The position numbers were made by a program, and so were the translations under genes. A stretch of DNA of 24,000 bases from the NCBI GenBank assembly GCA_043390185.1, contig DAWERO010000001.1, positions 317,692 through 341,691 on the forward strand. Direction: 5' to 3'. Positions 1-9,434 of this stretch are shown here, piece after piece. The notes beneath the pieces are model-generated. The model searched no databases, was not told the origin of the DNA, and saw nothing but the letters and a program-made list of their open reading frames with translations. Numbering within the stretch: position 1 is the stretch's first letter; each line of letters opens with the position of its first letter. Origin of the DNA: Candidatus Azosocius aquiferis. Lineage in GTDB: Bacteria; Pseudomonadota; Gammaproteobacteria; UBA6186; Azoamicaceae.

Positions 1-67
1 TATCAATAACACTGACATATCCTCTTCTTCCAGGAGAAGTAGGATTATTTTTTTTTACAATAATCAT
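1..67 (-). CDS. rplB: 50S ribosomal protein L2, N-terminal fragment (continues past the left edge)
   Basis: The reverse complement of 67..1 reads ATG ATT ATT GTA AAA AAA AAT AAT CCT ACT TCT CCT GGA AGA AGA GGA..., giving MIIVKKNNPTSPGRRGYVSVID. This is the L2 N-terminus with the PTSPGRR motif. It follows rplW as in S10 operons. Confidence 0.85.
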   Translation of the reverse strand, partial: MIIVKKNNPTSPGRRGYVSVID

Positions 68-77
68 AACCCACCCA

Positions 78-368
78 TCAAAATTCAGAAAAATTAATAC
101 TATAACCTTTTTTTAAAGAAACAATAGCTTTTTTAAAATCAGATCTTGTACCAATTTTTCCTTTAAATAATTTTATTTTTCCTTGTACATTAATAATTCT
201 AACGTTTTTTACCAAAACATTAAATATCGTTTCAACACTTTTTTTTATTTTATATTTATTTGAATATTTAGAAACTTTAAAAACAAAATGATTATATTTA
301 TCACTAAGAAAATTATTTTTTTCAGTAACATATTGAGAAATTAAATTAGAATATAAATTTTTATTCAT
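78..368 (-). CDS. rplW: 50S ribosomal protein L23
   Basis: The 96-aa ORF has L23 length and pattern (...YVTEK...FKVSKYSNKYKIKKSVETIFNV.V..V...). It lies between rplD and rplB. Its ATG overlaps the rplD TGA stop (ATGA on the minus strand at 365-368). Confidence 0.9.
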   Translation of the reverse strand: MNKNLYSNLISQYVTEKNNFLSDKYNHFVFKVSKYSNKYKIKKSVETIFNVLVKNVRIINVQGKIKLFKGKIGTRSDFKKAIVSLKKGYSINFSEF

Positions 369-982
369 TTTAAAACCTCACAAAGATATTTCATAGCTTC
401 TTCAGTAACAACAATTTTATCATATTTTATTAAATTAACAGGATTAATAAAACATACATTTTGCAAAAAAATATTAAATAAATTCCTAGAAGATAATAAA
501 AATTCTTTATTATAATTTTTTGATAAAATTAACATAGTTTTAGCTTTAAATAAATCAAGAAATTTAACCACATTTTTAGTTTTAATATTATCAAAAATTA
601 TATCATTAATAATAATAAGCCTATCAGTTCTAATTAATTCAGAAAATATAGAACAAATACCTTTTTTATACATTTTACGATTAATTTTTTTATAATAATC
701 TCTAGGTTTAGAAGCAAATATAACTCCACCGCCACGCCAAAGAGGACTTCTTATAGTACCAGCTCTAGCTCTTCCTGTTCCTTTTTGTCTCCAAGGTTTA
801 ATTCCTCCACCCCTTACATCGCTTCTAGTTTTTTGAGCTTTTGTTCCAGAACGACCTCTAGATAAATAAGAAACAATAATTTGATGTATTAAATTATCAT
901 TATAAACAATATTAAAAATATTTGGAGAAACATTTAATTTTCCTATATTTTCTCCATAAAAATTAAACAAATTAAGGTCCAT
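365..982 (-). CDS. rplD: 50S ribosomal protein L4
   Basis: The 205-aa ORF carries the L4 core GTKAQKTRSDVRGGGIKPWRQKGTGRARAGTIRSPLWRGGGVIFA. It sits in the expected S10 operon position. Confidence 0.95.
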   Translation of the reverse strand: MDLNLFNFYGENIGKLNVSPNIFNIVYNDNLIHQIIVSYLSRGRSGTKAQKTRSDVRGGGIKPWRQKGTGRARAGTIRSPLWRGGGVIFASKPRDYYKKINRKMYKKGICSIFSELIRTDRLIIINDIIFDNIKTKNVVKFLDLFKAKTMLILSKNYNKEFLLSSRNLFNIFLQNVCFINPVNLIKYDKIVVTEEAMKYLCEVLK

Positions 983-989
983 AATTTAT

Positions 990-1655
990 TTAACCTCCTT
1001 TAAAAAATTTAGATTTATTTATTTTATAAATTTTATATGATTTTTTTATCAATATTACTGAACCAACAAATCCAGGAACAGCTCCTTTAACTAAAATATA
1101 TTTTTTTTCTAAATCTAATTTAATAATTTGTAAATTTTGTACAGTTACACGCTCATTTCCCATATGTCCAGACATTTTTTTACCTTTAAATACTCTGCCT
1201 GGAGTTTGACATTGACCTATAGATCCAGGAGCTCTATGAGATAAAGAATTACCATGTGACATTCTTTGTCTACTAAAATTATGTCTTTTAACAGTTCCAG
1301 CAAAACCTTTTCCTTTAGATATTCCTACAACATCAACAAATTCATTAACATTAAAAATAGATAAAGGGATTTCATCTCCTAATTTATAATCACAAACTGT
1401 AAAATAAAATTCCCATAATCCTATACCACTATTAATTCCAATTTTCTTAAATTGTCCTAATTTAGGTTTTGAAATATTTTTATCTTTAACCAATCCAGTG
1501 GTAACTTGAACTGCATTATAACCATTTTTTTCAATAGTTTTAATTTGAGTTATATAATTAAAACCAATTTCTAATAAAGAAACTGGAATTGATTCCCCAT
1601 TTTCAGAAAAAATTCTAGTCATTCCACGTTTTATTCCAACTAAACCCATTAACAT
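990..1655 (-). CDS. rplC: 50S ribosomal protein L3
   Basis: L3 motifs are present: GLVGIKRGMTRIF, KGKGFAGTVKRHNFSRQRMSHGNSLSHRAPGSIG and GHMGNERVTVQNL. The ORF-track start at 1697 overlaps rpsJ. Homologs begin M-x-LGLVG, so I prefer the ATG at 1655 (MLMGLVG). ATGs at 1667 and 1649 are alternatives. Confidence 0.9.
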   Translation of the reverse strand: MLMGLVGIKRGMTRIFSENGESIPVSLLEIGFNYITQIKTIEKNGYNAVQVTTGLVKDKNISKPKLGQFKKIGINSGIGLWEFYFTVCDYKLGDEIPLSIFNVNEFVDVVGISKGKGFAGTVKRHNFSRQRMSHGNSLSHRAPGSIGQCQTPGRVFKGKKMSGHMGNERVTVQNLQIIKLDLEKKYILVKGAVPGFVGSVILIKKSYKIYKINKSKFFKGG

Positions 1656-1671
1656 ATTTTTCACCATAAAA

Positions 1672-1992
1672 TTAACTAACTGAAATTTGAACATCAACCC
1701 CTGCAGCTAAATCAAGCTTCATTAATGCATCTACAGTTTTATCACTAGGATCACCAATAATTATTAAACGTTTATGAGTTTTTATTTCATATTGATCTCT
1801 AGCATCTTTATTAGCATGAGGAGATATTAATATAGTAAATCTTTCAATATTTGTAGGCATAGGAATTGGACCATTAACTCTAGCTCCTGTTCTTTTTGCT
1901 GTATCAACAATTTCTTTAGTAGACTTATCTATTAATTTATAATCGAAAGATTTTAATCTAATTTTTATACGTTGATTTTGTTTAACTAACAT
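1672..1992 (-). CDS. rpsJ: 30S ribosomal protein S10
   Basis: The 106-aa ORF reads [41 protein letters not shown]...[20 protein letters not shown], which is S10. The ATG at 1992 lies only 5 nt after the tuf stop. A GGAG sits inside the last tuf codons, 8 nt upstream. Confidence 0.96.
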   Translation of the reverse strand: MLVKQNQRIKIRLKSFDYKLIDKSTKEIVDTAKRTGARVNGPIPMPTNIERFTILISPHANKDARDQYEIKTHKRLIIIGDPSDKTVDALMKLDLAAGVDVQISVS

Positions 1993-1997
1993 AATTT

Positions 1998-3176
1998 TTA
2001 CTCCAAAATTTTAGAAACAACACCAGCACCAACAGTTCTTCCTCCCTCTCTAACAGCAAATCTTAATCCATCTTCCATTGCTATTGGTGACATAAGTTTA
2101 ACATCAAATTTTATATTATCTCCAGGCATAACCATTTCTACATTTTCAGGTAAAATGATTTCACCAGTAACATCAGTAGTTCTAAAATAAAATTGTGGGC
2201 GATAACCTTTAAAAAAAGGTGTATGTCTACCACCTTCTTCTTTAGTCAAAATATAAACATTAGCTTCAAATTTTAAATGTGGTGTAATAGAATTAGGTTT
2301 TGCAAGAACTTGGCCTCTTTCAACATCATCTCTTTTTATGCCTCTCAATAACACCCCAACATTATCTCCAGCTCTACCTTCATCTAGCAATTTTCTAAAC
2401 ATTTCTACTCCAGTACAAACAGCTTTAACTGTATCTTTAATACCTATTATAGAAACTTCTTCACCAACTTTTACAACCCCTCTTTCTATTCTCCCTGTTA
2501 CAACAGTTCCTCTACCAGAAATAGAAAAAACATCTTCAATAGGTAATAAAAAAGGTTGATCTATTGCTCTTTGAGGAACAGGAAAATAATTATCTAAAGC
2601 ATCAACCAATTTTTCTATAGATTTAACTCCTAATTCACTATTATCACCTTCTTCTAAAGCTTTAGTTGCAGAGCCTATAATAAAAGGAACATCATCTCCA
2701 GGAAAATTATATAAACTCAATAATTCTCTTACTTCCATTTCCACTAAATCAATCAATTCATTATCATCTACCATATCAGCTTTATTTAAATAAACTACTA
2801 TATACGGAACTCCAACTTGTCTTGCCAACAATATATGTTCTCTAGTTTGAGGCATTGGACCATCAGCAGCAGATACAACTAATATAGCACCATCCATTTG
2901 TGCTGCTCCAGTAATCATATTTTTAACATAATCAGCATGACCAGGACAATCAACATGAGCATAATGACGCTTTTTAGATGAATATTCAACATGAGCAGTT
3001 GCTATAGTTATACCCCTCGCCCTTTCTTCAGGGGCAGCATCTATTTCTTCATATCTTTTATAAACCCCAAACCTCTTTGTTAACGCAGCAGTTAATGAAG
3101 TTTTTCCATGATCAACATGACCAATCGTACCAACATTTATATGCGGTAATACTCTTTCAAATTTTTCTTTAGCCAC
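1998..3176 (-). CDS. tuf: Elongation factor Tu
   Basis: The 392-aa ORF has a GTG start (cac at 3174-3176). GTPase motifs [13 protein letters not shown] and NKAD are present. The C-terminus is [21 protein letters not shown]. An AAGGA sits about 9 nt upstream. Confidence 0.98.
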   Translation of the reverse strand: MAKEKFERVLPHINVGTIGHVDHGKTSLTAALTKRFGVYKRYEEIDAAPEERARGITIATAHVEYSSKKRHYAHVDCPGHADYVKNMITGAAQMDGAILVVSAADGPMPQTREHILLARQVGVPYIVVYLNKADMVDDNELIDLVEMEVRELLSLYNFPGDDVPFIIGSATKALEEGDNSELGVKSIEKLVDALDNYFPVPQRAIDQPFLLPIEDVFSISGRGTVVTGRIERGVVKVGEEVSIIGIKDTVKAVCTGVEMFRKLLDEGRAGDNVGVLLRGIKRDDVERGQVLAKPNSITPHLKFEANVYILTKEEGGRHTPFFKGYRPQFYFRTTDVTGEIILPENVEMVMPGDNIKFDVKLMSPIAMEDGLRFAVREGGRTVGAGVVSKILE

Positions 3177-3207
3177 TTTTAAAAATCCTTAAAATAATAT
3201 ATTCAAT

Positions 3208-5298
3208 CTATTTTTTTTTTATTACACTATTTAAAACACTATTTGGAGCAACAGAATATTTTTTAAATTCCATACTATATGTAGCTCTTCCTTGTGTAAA
3301 AGATCTCAAAGAAGTAGAATATCCAAATAATTCAGATAAAGGTACAATAGCATTAATTTTTTTTCCAGAAACACTATCATTCATACCTTGTATTATCCCT
3401 CTTCTTCTATTCAAATCTCCAACAACATCTCCCATATAAAAATCAGGAGTAACAACTTCAACTTGCATAATAGGTTCTAATAATATAGGACCAGCTTTAA
3501 TCATTGCAGCCTTTAAACATTTTGATCCAGCTAATTTAAAAGCAATTTCACTAGAATCAACATCATGATAAGACCCATCAAATAATGTAACTTTAATATC
3601 AACAACAGGATATCCAGCTAATATTCCATCTTTTATTTGTTCTTCAACACCTTTTTCAACAGCAGAAATATACTCTTTAGGAATTACTCCTCCAACTATT
3701 TTATTAAAAAATTGATACCCTTTCCCTAATTCTTGAGGTTCAACTTTTAACCAAACATGTCCATATTGTCCTCTACCCCCAGACTGTTTAATATGTTTAC
3801 CTTCTTGTTCAACAATTTTAGTAATTGTTTCTCTATAAGCTACTTGAGGATTACCAACTTTAACAAGAACATTAAATTCTCTTTTCAATCTATCAACAAT
3901 AATTTCTAAATGAAGTTCTCCCATTCCAGAAATAATAGTTTGTCCAGATTCAATATCAGTATGAATTCTAAAAGAAGGATCTTCTTGAGCTAATCTAGAA
4001 AGAGCAACTCCCATTTTTTCTTGATCTAACTTAGTATAAGGTTCTAAAGCAACAGATATAACAGGTTCAGGAAAATCCATTTTTTCTAATATAATAGTAT
4101 TAGAAATATCACATAAAGTATCACCGGTAACAGTATATTTTAATCCAACAGCAGCTACAATATCTCCAGACACTATTTCTTTAATCTCTTCTCTATTATT
4201 AGCATGCATTAATAATATTCTGCCAAATCTTTCTTTCTTATCTTTAACTGAATTAATAACTGTATCTCCAGATTTTAAACAACCAGAATAAACCCTAAGA
4301 TAAGTTATTGACCCAACAAAAGGATCAGTTGATATTTTAAAAGCTAAAGCAGAAAAAGGGTCATTATCATCTGATTTTCTAAATCCAATAGATCCATCTT
4401 TTAAAATACCACTTATAGAAGATATATCTTTAGGGGCTGGTAAATAATCAATAACAGTATCTAAAAGTAATTGTACACCTTTATTTTTAAAAGAAGATCC
4501 ACATATAACAGGAACTATTTCATTAGATATTGTTCTTAATCTAATACCAAATTTAATATCTTTTTCATCTAAATGCCCTTCGTGCAAATATTTTGCAATT
4601 AATTCATCAGAAGCTTCTGCTGCAATTTCTATTAAATTTTCTTTCATTTTAACACATTGTTCAATTAAATTATCAGGAATATTTTCAAATTTAAATACTA
4701 CTCCTTGATCATCAAAAGGCCAATAAACAGCTCTCATTTTTATAATATCAACTATTCCTATAAAATTTTCTTCATTACCAATAGGTAATTGTATAGGAAC
4801 AGCTATAGAATTTAATCTATCACTAATTTGTTCTAAAACATTAAAAAAATTTGCTCCAGCTCTATCCATCTTATTAATAAATGCTATACGAGGTACTTTA
4901 TACTTATTTGCTTGCCTCCAAACTGTTTCTGATTGAGGTTCAACACCACCAACAGCACAAAAAACAGCTACAGCTCCATCTAAAACTCTTAAAGATCTTT
5001 CTACTTCAATAGTAAAATCAACATGTCCAGGAGTGTCAATTATATTAATACGATGTTCAGAATATTGATTTTCTGTACCTTTCCAAAAACAAGTAGTTGC
5101 TGCAGAAGTTATAGTTATACCTCTTTCTTGTTCTTGTTCCATCCAATCCATAACTGCAGTACCATTATGAACTTCACCCATTTTATGAGAAACACCAGTA
5201 TAAAATAATATACGTTCAGTAGTTGTAGTTTTTCCAGCATCAATATGAGCCATTATACCTATGTTTCTATAATTATTTAATTGTGTTTTTCTAGCCAT
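3208..5298 (-). CDS. fusA: Elongation factor G
   Basis: The 696-aa ORF carries [20 protein letters not shown] and NKMD. It is full-length EF-G and lies between rpsG and tuf. Confidence 0.98.
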   Translation of the reverse strand: MARKTQLNNYRNIGIMAHIDAGKTTTTERILFYTGVSHKMGEVHNGTAVMDWMEQEQERGITITSAATTCFWKGTENQYSEHRINIIDTPGHVDFTIEVERSLRVLDGAVAVFCAVGGVEPQSETVWRQANKYKVPRIAFINKMDRAGANFFNVLEQISDRLNSIAVPIQLPIGNEENFIGIVDIIKMRAVYWPFDDQGVVFKFENIPDNLIEQCVKMKENLIEIAAEASDELIAKYLHEGHLDEKDIKFGIRLRTISNEIVPVICGSSFKNKGVQLLLDTVIDYLPAPKDISSISGILKDGSIGFRKSDDNDPFSALAFKISTDPFVGSITYLRVYSGCLKSGDTVINSVKDKKERFGRILLMHANNREEIKEIVSGDIVAAVGLKYTVTGDTLCDISNTIILEKMDFPEPVISVALEPYTKLDQEKMGVALSRLAQEDPSFRIHTDIESGQTIISGMGELHLEIIVDRLKREFNVLVKVGNPQVAYRETITKIVEQEGKHIKQSGGRGQYGHVWLKVEPQELGKGYQFFNKIVGGVIPKEYISAVEKGVEEQIKDGILAGYPVVDIKVTLFDGSYHDVDSSEIAFKLAGSKCLKAAMIKAGPILLEPIMQVEVVTPDFYMGDVVGDLNRRRGIIQGMNDSVSGKKINAIVPLSELFGYSTSLRSFTQGRATYSMEFKKYSVAPNSVLNSVIKKK

Positions 5299-5326
5299 TA
5301 TTTAACAACTTCCAATAAAATAAAAA

Positions 5327-5824
5327 TTACCATCTATAATGAGAGAATGCTTTATTAGCTTCAGCCATACGATGAGTATCTTCTCGCTTTTTAATTGCTC
5401 CTCCCTTACCTTTACTATTTCCAACAAAACTATCTTCATTTGAAGCATCTAAAATTTCAGAAGCAAGTTTTAACAACATACCTTTTTCATTACGTTTTCT
5501 AGAATATTCAACTAACCAACGCATACTTAAAGAAAAAGCTCGTTCAGGTCTAATTTCAACAGGAACTTGATAGGTAGCCCCTCCAACACGTCTTGCTCTT
5601 ACTTCAACAATTGGCTTAATATTATCCAATGCTCTTTTAAAAATTATTAATTCATTTTCTTCAGATTTATTTTTTATAATATTCAAAGCCCCATATACAA
5701 TTTTCTCTGCTACAGATTTTTTTCCATCATGCATAAGATAATTAATAAATTTAGCTAATATTTTACTACTATATATACAATCTGGTTGTATTACACGCTT
5801 AACAATAACACGCCTTCTTGACAT
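5327..5824 (-). CDS. rpsG: 30S ribosomal protein S7
   Basis: The 165-aa ORF carries [31 protein letters not shown] and the C-terminal [15 protein letters not shown]. It has a small extra segment ([10 protein letters not shown]) before GGAIKKRE. Confidence 0.96.
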   Translation of the reverse strand: MSRRRVIVKRVIQPDCIYSSKILAKFINYLMHDGKKSVAEKIVYGALNIIKNKSEENELIIFKRALDNIKPIVEVRARRVGGATYQVPVEIRPERAFSLSMRWLVEYSRKRNEKGMLLKLASEILDASNEDSFVGNSKGKGGAIKKREDTHRMAEANKAFSHYRW

Positions 5825-5838
5825 TTATTTTTCCAAAT

Positions 5839-6216
5839 TTATTTAGTTTTAACACTTTTTGTTCCATATCTAGAACGAGATTGCTTTCTTCCAGATACAC
5901 CACTAGCATCTAAAGCACCCCTAACAACTTTATACCTAACTCCAGGTAAATCTTTTACTCTACCTCCACGAATCAAAACAACAGAATGCTCTTGTAAATT
6001 ATGACCCTCTCCCTGAATATAAGCTGTTATTTCATGCCCTCCTGAAACTTTAACTCTACAAACTTTTCTCAAAGCAGAATTAGGTTTTTTAGGAGTTGTA
6101 GTATAAACACGAATACAAACACCACGTTTTTGTGGGCAACCTTGTAAAGCTGGAACTTTTTTTTTAGATAAGGTTTTTATACGCCCTTTACGAACTAATT
6201 GATTTATTGTTACCAT
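5839..6216 (-). CDS. rpsL: 30S ribosomal protein S12
   Basis: The 125-aa ORF carries [21 protein letters not shown] and [22 protein letters not shown] (6227-6231) sits 10 nt upstream of the ATG. Confidence 0.97.
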   Translation of the reverse strand: MVTINQLVRKGRIKTLSKKKVPALQGCPQKRGVCIRVYTTTPKKPNSALRKVCRVKVSGGHEITAYIQGEGHNLQEHSVVLIRGGRVKDLPGVRYKVVRGALDASGVSGRKQSRSRYGTKSVKTK

Positions 6217-6265
6217 AACAATAAAGTCCTCATTTTACTTTATAAATTCTATTAAATAATAAAGT

Positions 6266-6294
6266 ATTTTATATTAGATAAAAAATTATGTCAA
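6266..6294 (-). promoter_or_regulatory. Candidate sigma70 promoter of the rpsL-rpsG-fusA-tuf(-S10) transcription unit
   Basis: The minus strand reads TTGACA (6294-6289), then N17, then TAAAAT (6271-6266), about 45 nt upstream of the rpsL ATG. A perfect -35 hexamer containing G and C is uncommon in this AT-rich background. Confidence 0.5.
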
Positions 6295-6370
6295 ACACTT
6301 TATACAATAAAAAAATAATATAATTTTATAAAAAAAAAATAAATAACAAAATAAATTATTTTATAAAACC

Positions 6371-6398
6371 TTGAATTAATAATTTAATCTGATATAAT
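6371..6398 (+). promoter_or_regulatory. Candidate sigma70 promoter of rpmE-maeB
   Basis: The sequence reads TTGAAT (6371-6376), N16, then TATAAT (6393-6398). AGGA follows at 6413-6416 and the ATG at 6425. Confidence 0.4.
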
Positions 6399-6424
6399 AA
6401 AATAATAAAAAAAGGAAATAATAT

Positions 6425-6634
6425 ATGAAAAAAAAAAACGAAAATGAATATAAAAATATAATAATTAAATGTTCGTGTGGTAACAATTTTTCAACAAAAT
6501 CTACTATTAAAAAAGCAATTTTGAATGTTGAAATATGCAGTGAATGTCATCCTTTTTATACAAAAAAACAAAAAATAATAGATACAGAAAAAAGAGTTGA
6601 TAATTTTAATAAAAAATTTAATTATAATAAATGA
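6425..6634 (+). CDS. rpmE: 50S ribosomal protein L31 (zinc-ribbon type)
   Basis: The 69-aa ORF has CSCG...CSECHPFYT and RVDNFNKKF. The TGA stop overlaps the next gene's ATG (ATGA at 6631-6634). Confidence 0.9.
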   Translation: MKKKNENEYKNIIIKCSCGNNFSTKSTIKKAILNVEICSECHPFYTKKQKIIDTEKRVDNFNKKFNYNK

Positions 6635-7839
6635 AAATAATAAGACAAGCTTTACTTTATCATCAATTTCCTCAACCTGGAAAAATAGAAATAAAAATAA
6701 CAAAAAATTTAAATTCTACAAAACACATTAAGCTCGCTTATACCCCAGGTGTAGCATATCCAGTAATAGAAATAAATAAAAATTTAAATAATATATATAA
6801 ATATACTGCAAAAGGAAATTTAGTAGCAATCATATCAAATGGAACAGCCATTTTAGGTTTAGGAAATTTAGGTCCTGAAGCAAGCAAACCAGTTATGGAA
6901 GGTAAAGCTATATTATTTAAATATTTTTCTAATATAGATGCTTTTGATATAGAAATAAAAACAAAAAATTATCAAAAATTTATTGAAACAGTTATTAATA
7001 TTTCTCCAACTTTTGGCGGAATAAATTTAGAAGATATAAAAGCTCCAGAATGCTTCGAGATAGAAAAAATTTTAAAAAACAAATTAAAAATACCAATATT
7101 TCATGATGATCAACATGGAACTGCTATAATAATAACTTCAGCATTATTAAACTCTCTTTTTATACAACAAAAAAAAATAAAAAAATGTAAAATTGTATTA
7201 ATTGGAGCTGGTGCAGCAGGAATTGCAACAGCAAAATTACTATTAAAAACAGGCATTAAAAAACAAAATATAAATATAATAGACACTAAAGGAATAATTA
7301 ATAAAGAAAGAACAGATTTAAATATATATAAAAAAAAATTAGCCACTAAAACAAATGCAAAAAAAATTGAAGATATAATAAAAAAAATAGATATCATTAT
7401 AGGAGTAGCTTCAGCAAATATATTATCTATTCATCATATAAAAAATTTAAAAAAAAATACAATAGTATTTGCACTCTCTAATCCAAATCCTGAAATAAAT
7501 CCAATAATAATATATAAAAATAGACCAGATATTATTTTAGCAACAGGAAGAAGTGATTATAAAAATCAAGTAAATAATGCATTATGTTTTCCATATATTT
7601 TTAAAGGACTTTTAAACTTAAAAATAAATTTTATAAGTTGTTACATAAAAAAAATAGTAATACATTCAATAAAAAATATTGCAAGAAAATCAATAAAAAA
7701 TAAAACACAAAAATATAAAAATATAAATTTTGGTAATAAATATATAATTCCTCTTTTAACTGATAAAAGATTAAAAATAGAAATACCTTTAGCAATAAAA
7801 AATAAAATATCTATAAATCAGAACCAAAACCTAAATTAA
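6631..7839 (+). CDS. maeB: NAD(P)-dependent malic enzyme, short form (malic and nucleotide-binding domains only)
   Basis: The 402-aa ORF carries [72 protein letters not shown] and [19 protein letters not shown]. It ends roughly where the PTA-like C-terminal domain of E. coli MaeB would begin. Confidence 0.9.
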   Translation: MKIIRQALLYHQFPQPGKIEIKITKNLNSTKHIKLAYTPGVAYPVIEINKNLNNIYKYTAKGNLVAIISNGTAILGLGNLGPEASKPVMEGKAILFKYFSNIDAFDIEIKTKNYQKFIETVINISPTFGGINLEDIKAPECFEIEKILKNKLKIPIFHDDQHGTAIIITSALLNSLFIQQKKIKKCKIVLIGAGAAGIATAKLLLKTGIKKQNINIIDTKGIINKERTDLNIYKKKLATKTNAKKIEDIIKKIDIIIGVASANILSIHHIKNLKKNTIVFALSNPNPEINPIIIYKNRPDIILATGRSDYKNQVNNALCFPYIFKGLLNLKINFISCYIKKIVIHSIKNIARKSIKNKTQKYKNINFGNKYIIPLLTDKRLKIEIPLAIKNKISINQNQNLN

Positions 7840-9133
7840 CAAAAAAAGATATAAATTCTTTGTTTCTATATATATCTAAAAGACATGTATCTCCAGGTCT
7901 CAATTTAACAATATTTTGAACAGCTTCATGAGTACTTTTAACATATTTTCCATTAATTTTAAAAATTATATCTCCAGGATATATACCAGCTTTAGAAGCC
8001 GGACTATTAGAAATAACAGAATGTACATAAACACCAATATTTTTATCATAATTTATTAATTCAATTATATCCCAAGATAATTCTGCAAGATATACTCCCA
8101 AATATCCTCTTTCAGCTTGTCCTTCATCAATTAATTGATGAATTATTATTTTTGCTATATCTATAGGTATAGCAAAACCTAATCCATGACTTCCCCCAGA
8201 TTTAGAAATAATAGCCATATTAATACCTATTAAATTTCCATATAAATCTATTAAAGCCCCACCAGAATTACCAGGATTTATAGCCGCATCAGTTTGTATC
8301 AAATTATCCAATAACCCTATAAATGGAATTTCTGAGTCATTAGTTCTAAATCTGACAGAACCTAAAGCACTTACTATACCTTGCGTAACTGTATTATCAA
8401 ATCCAAAAGGGTTTCCTATTGCTAAAACAACATCGCCAACCTCTAAACTACAAGAATTTCCTATACCTATAACAGGAAAATCAAAAATAAAAGAATTATC
8501 AAGTATTTTTAAAACAGCTAAATCTGTTTTAGAATCAAAACCTATAACATCAACTTCGCTTTCTCTTCCATCATATAATTTTGCAATAATAAAACAAGAA
8601 TCTTTTATAACATGATAATTTGTCAAAATATATCCATTACTATTAATCAGAACACCAGAGCCTAAACCATGTTGATAAAAATCATTCATATCAAAATCTT
8701 CACTTTTTTCAACATTTTTAATAAAATAATTAACAAAATTAAAATTATTATCAAAAAATTCGTAATAACAATTATTATTTAACAAAAATTTATTATTTTT
8801 AAATTCATTAAAACTATTATTATAAACATAATCATTAATATTAACATTATTATTAAAAATTTCATCAGCTATAATATTTGCTCCATCAAACATATATTGA
8901 AAAAAAGAATCAGCAAAAATAAAATAATTATCATGCAAAATCTTTTCTGTTGTTTGAATACTAACAACAGACAAAGCAGCAATACTAACAGGACTACTAT
9001 AAGATAAAAAATCTTTATGAAAATGCTTCTTATTAAAACCATAAGAAGAAAAACATACATTACAATAAAAAATCAAAATAAAAAAAACAATTTTAAATAT
9101 ACAACTAAAATAAAAATTTAAATTTTTTAACAT
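7811..9133 (-). CDS. htrA: Periplasmic HtrA-family serine endoprotease (DegP/DegQ/MucD-like) with a single PDZ domain
   Basis: The 440-aa ORF has a hydrophobic N-terminal signal or anchor (FSCIFKIVFFILIFYCNVCFSS). The catalytic triad contexts are TNYHVI (H174), TDLAVLK (D204) and GNSGGAL (S290). One PDZ domain is present (GVYVHSVISNSPASKAGIYPGDIIFKINGK). Confidence 0.9.
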   Translation of the reverse strand: MLKNLNFYFSCIFKIVFFILIFYCNVCFSSYGFNKKHFHKDFLSYSSPVSIAALSVVSIQTTEKILHDNYFIFADSFFQYMFDGANIIADEIFNNNVNINDYVYNNSFNEFKNNKFLLNNNCYYEFFDNNFNFVNYFIKNVEKSEDFDMNDFYQHGLGSGVLINSNGYILTNYHVIKDSCFIIAKLYDGRESEVDVIGFDSKTDLAVLKILDNSFIFDFPVIGIGNSCSLEVGDVVLAIGNPFGFDNTVTQGIVSALGSVRFRTNDSEIPFIGLLDNLIQTDAAINPGNSGGALIDLYGNLIGINMAIISKSGGSHGLGFAIPIDIAKIIIHQLIDEGQAERGYLGVYLAELSWDIIELINYDKNIGVYVHSVISNSPASKAGIYPGDIIFKINGKYVKSTHEAVQNIVKLRPGDTCLLDIYRNKEFISFFVNLGFGSDL

Positions 9134-9278
9134 ATAAAAATAAACCCATATATTTTAAATTACTAAAGATGAAATTTTTTTTATATTTTATATAAAATAT
9201 AAAAAATATAAAACTTTATTTACAAATATTATAAATTATGACAATATAAAAAATAGAATATTAAATTAGGAAAAAATA

Positions 9279-9434
9279 ATGATAAAAGAAAACAAATCAA
9301 TAATCATTAATAAAAAAAACATAAATATTTCATGTCCAAATGAAACAAATAAAACGATTGGACACCCTAAAATTTTTCTAAATTCTCCAAATTTAACATG
9401 TAAGTACTGCAACACAACATATATTATAAAATAA
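9279..9434 (+). CDS. Small zinc-finger protein, zf-CHCC / NDUFS6-like (51 aa); not in the supplied ORF track
   Basis: ATG 9279 to TAA 9432-9434 translates to MIKENKSIIINKKNINISCPNETNKTIGHPKIFLNSPNLTCKYCNTTYIIK. AGGA at 9268-9271 lies 7 nt upstream. The C..GHPK(I/V)(F/Y)L..CxYC pattern matches small bacterial zinc-finger proteins as I remember them. No HMM was run. Confidence 0.7.
   Translation: MIKENKSIIINKKNINISCPNETNKTIGHPKIFLNSPNLTCKYCNTTYIIK

Noticed and set aside
1656-1697. N-terminal extension of rplC overlapping rpsJ ([14 protein letters not shown])
   Set aside because: It has no counterpart in L3 homologs and would overlap rpsJ by 26 nt. An internal ATG gives the canonical M-x-(M/L)GLVG start.
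2338-2559. 73-aa plus-strand ORF antisense to tuf
   Set aside because: It lies entirely inside the strongly supported tuf CDS on the opposite strand. It has a low-complexity P/S/T-rich translation and no start context.
5023-5208. 61-aa plus-strand ORF antisense to fusA
   Set aside because: It is embedded antisense in the conserved GTPase domain of fusA. It has no motif or ribosome-binding site.
6491-6703. 70-aa minus-strand ORF across the rpmE/maeB junction
   Set aside because: It is antisense to two well-supported genes. The Phe/Ile-rich translation is the expected complement of Lys/Asn-rich coding sequence.
7110-7397. 95-aa hydrophobic minus-strand ORF that looks like a membrane protein
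   Set aside because: It is antisense to maeB. Its apparent transmembrane character comes from TTT and ATT codons complementary to AAA and AAT.
8869-9060. 63-aa minus-strand ORF within htrA in another frame
   Set aside because: It overlaps the htrA N-terminal region out of frame. It is low complexity with no independent support.
9134-9278. Promoter calls for htrA and the zinc-finger ORF (for example TTTACA-N17-CAATAT at 9219-9247)
   Set aside because: The -10 match is poor. AT-rich spacers generate many equally good hexamer pairs, so these cannot be supported from sequence alone.
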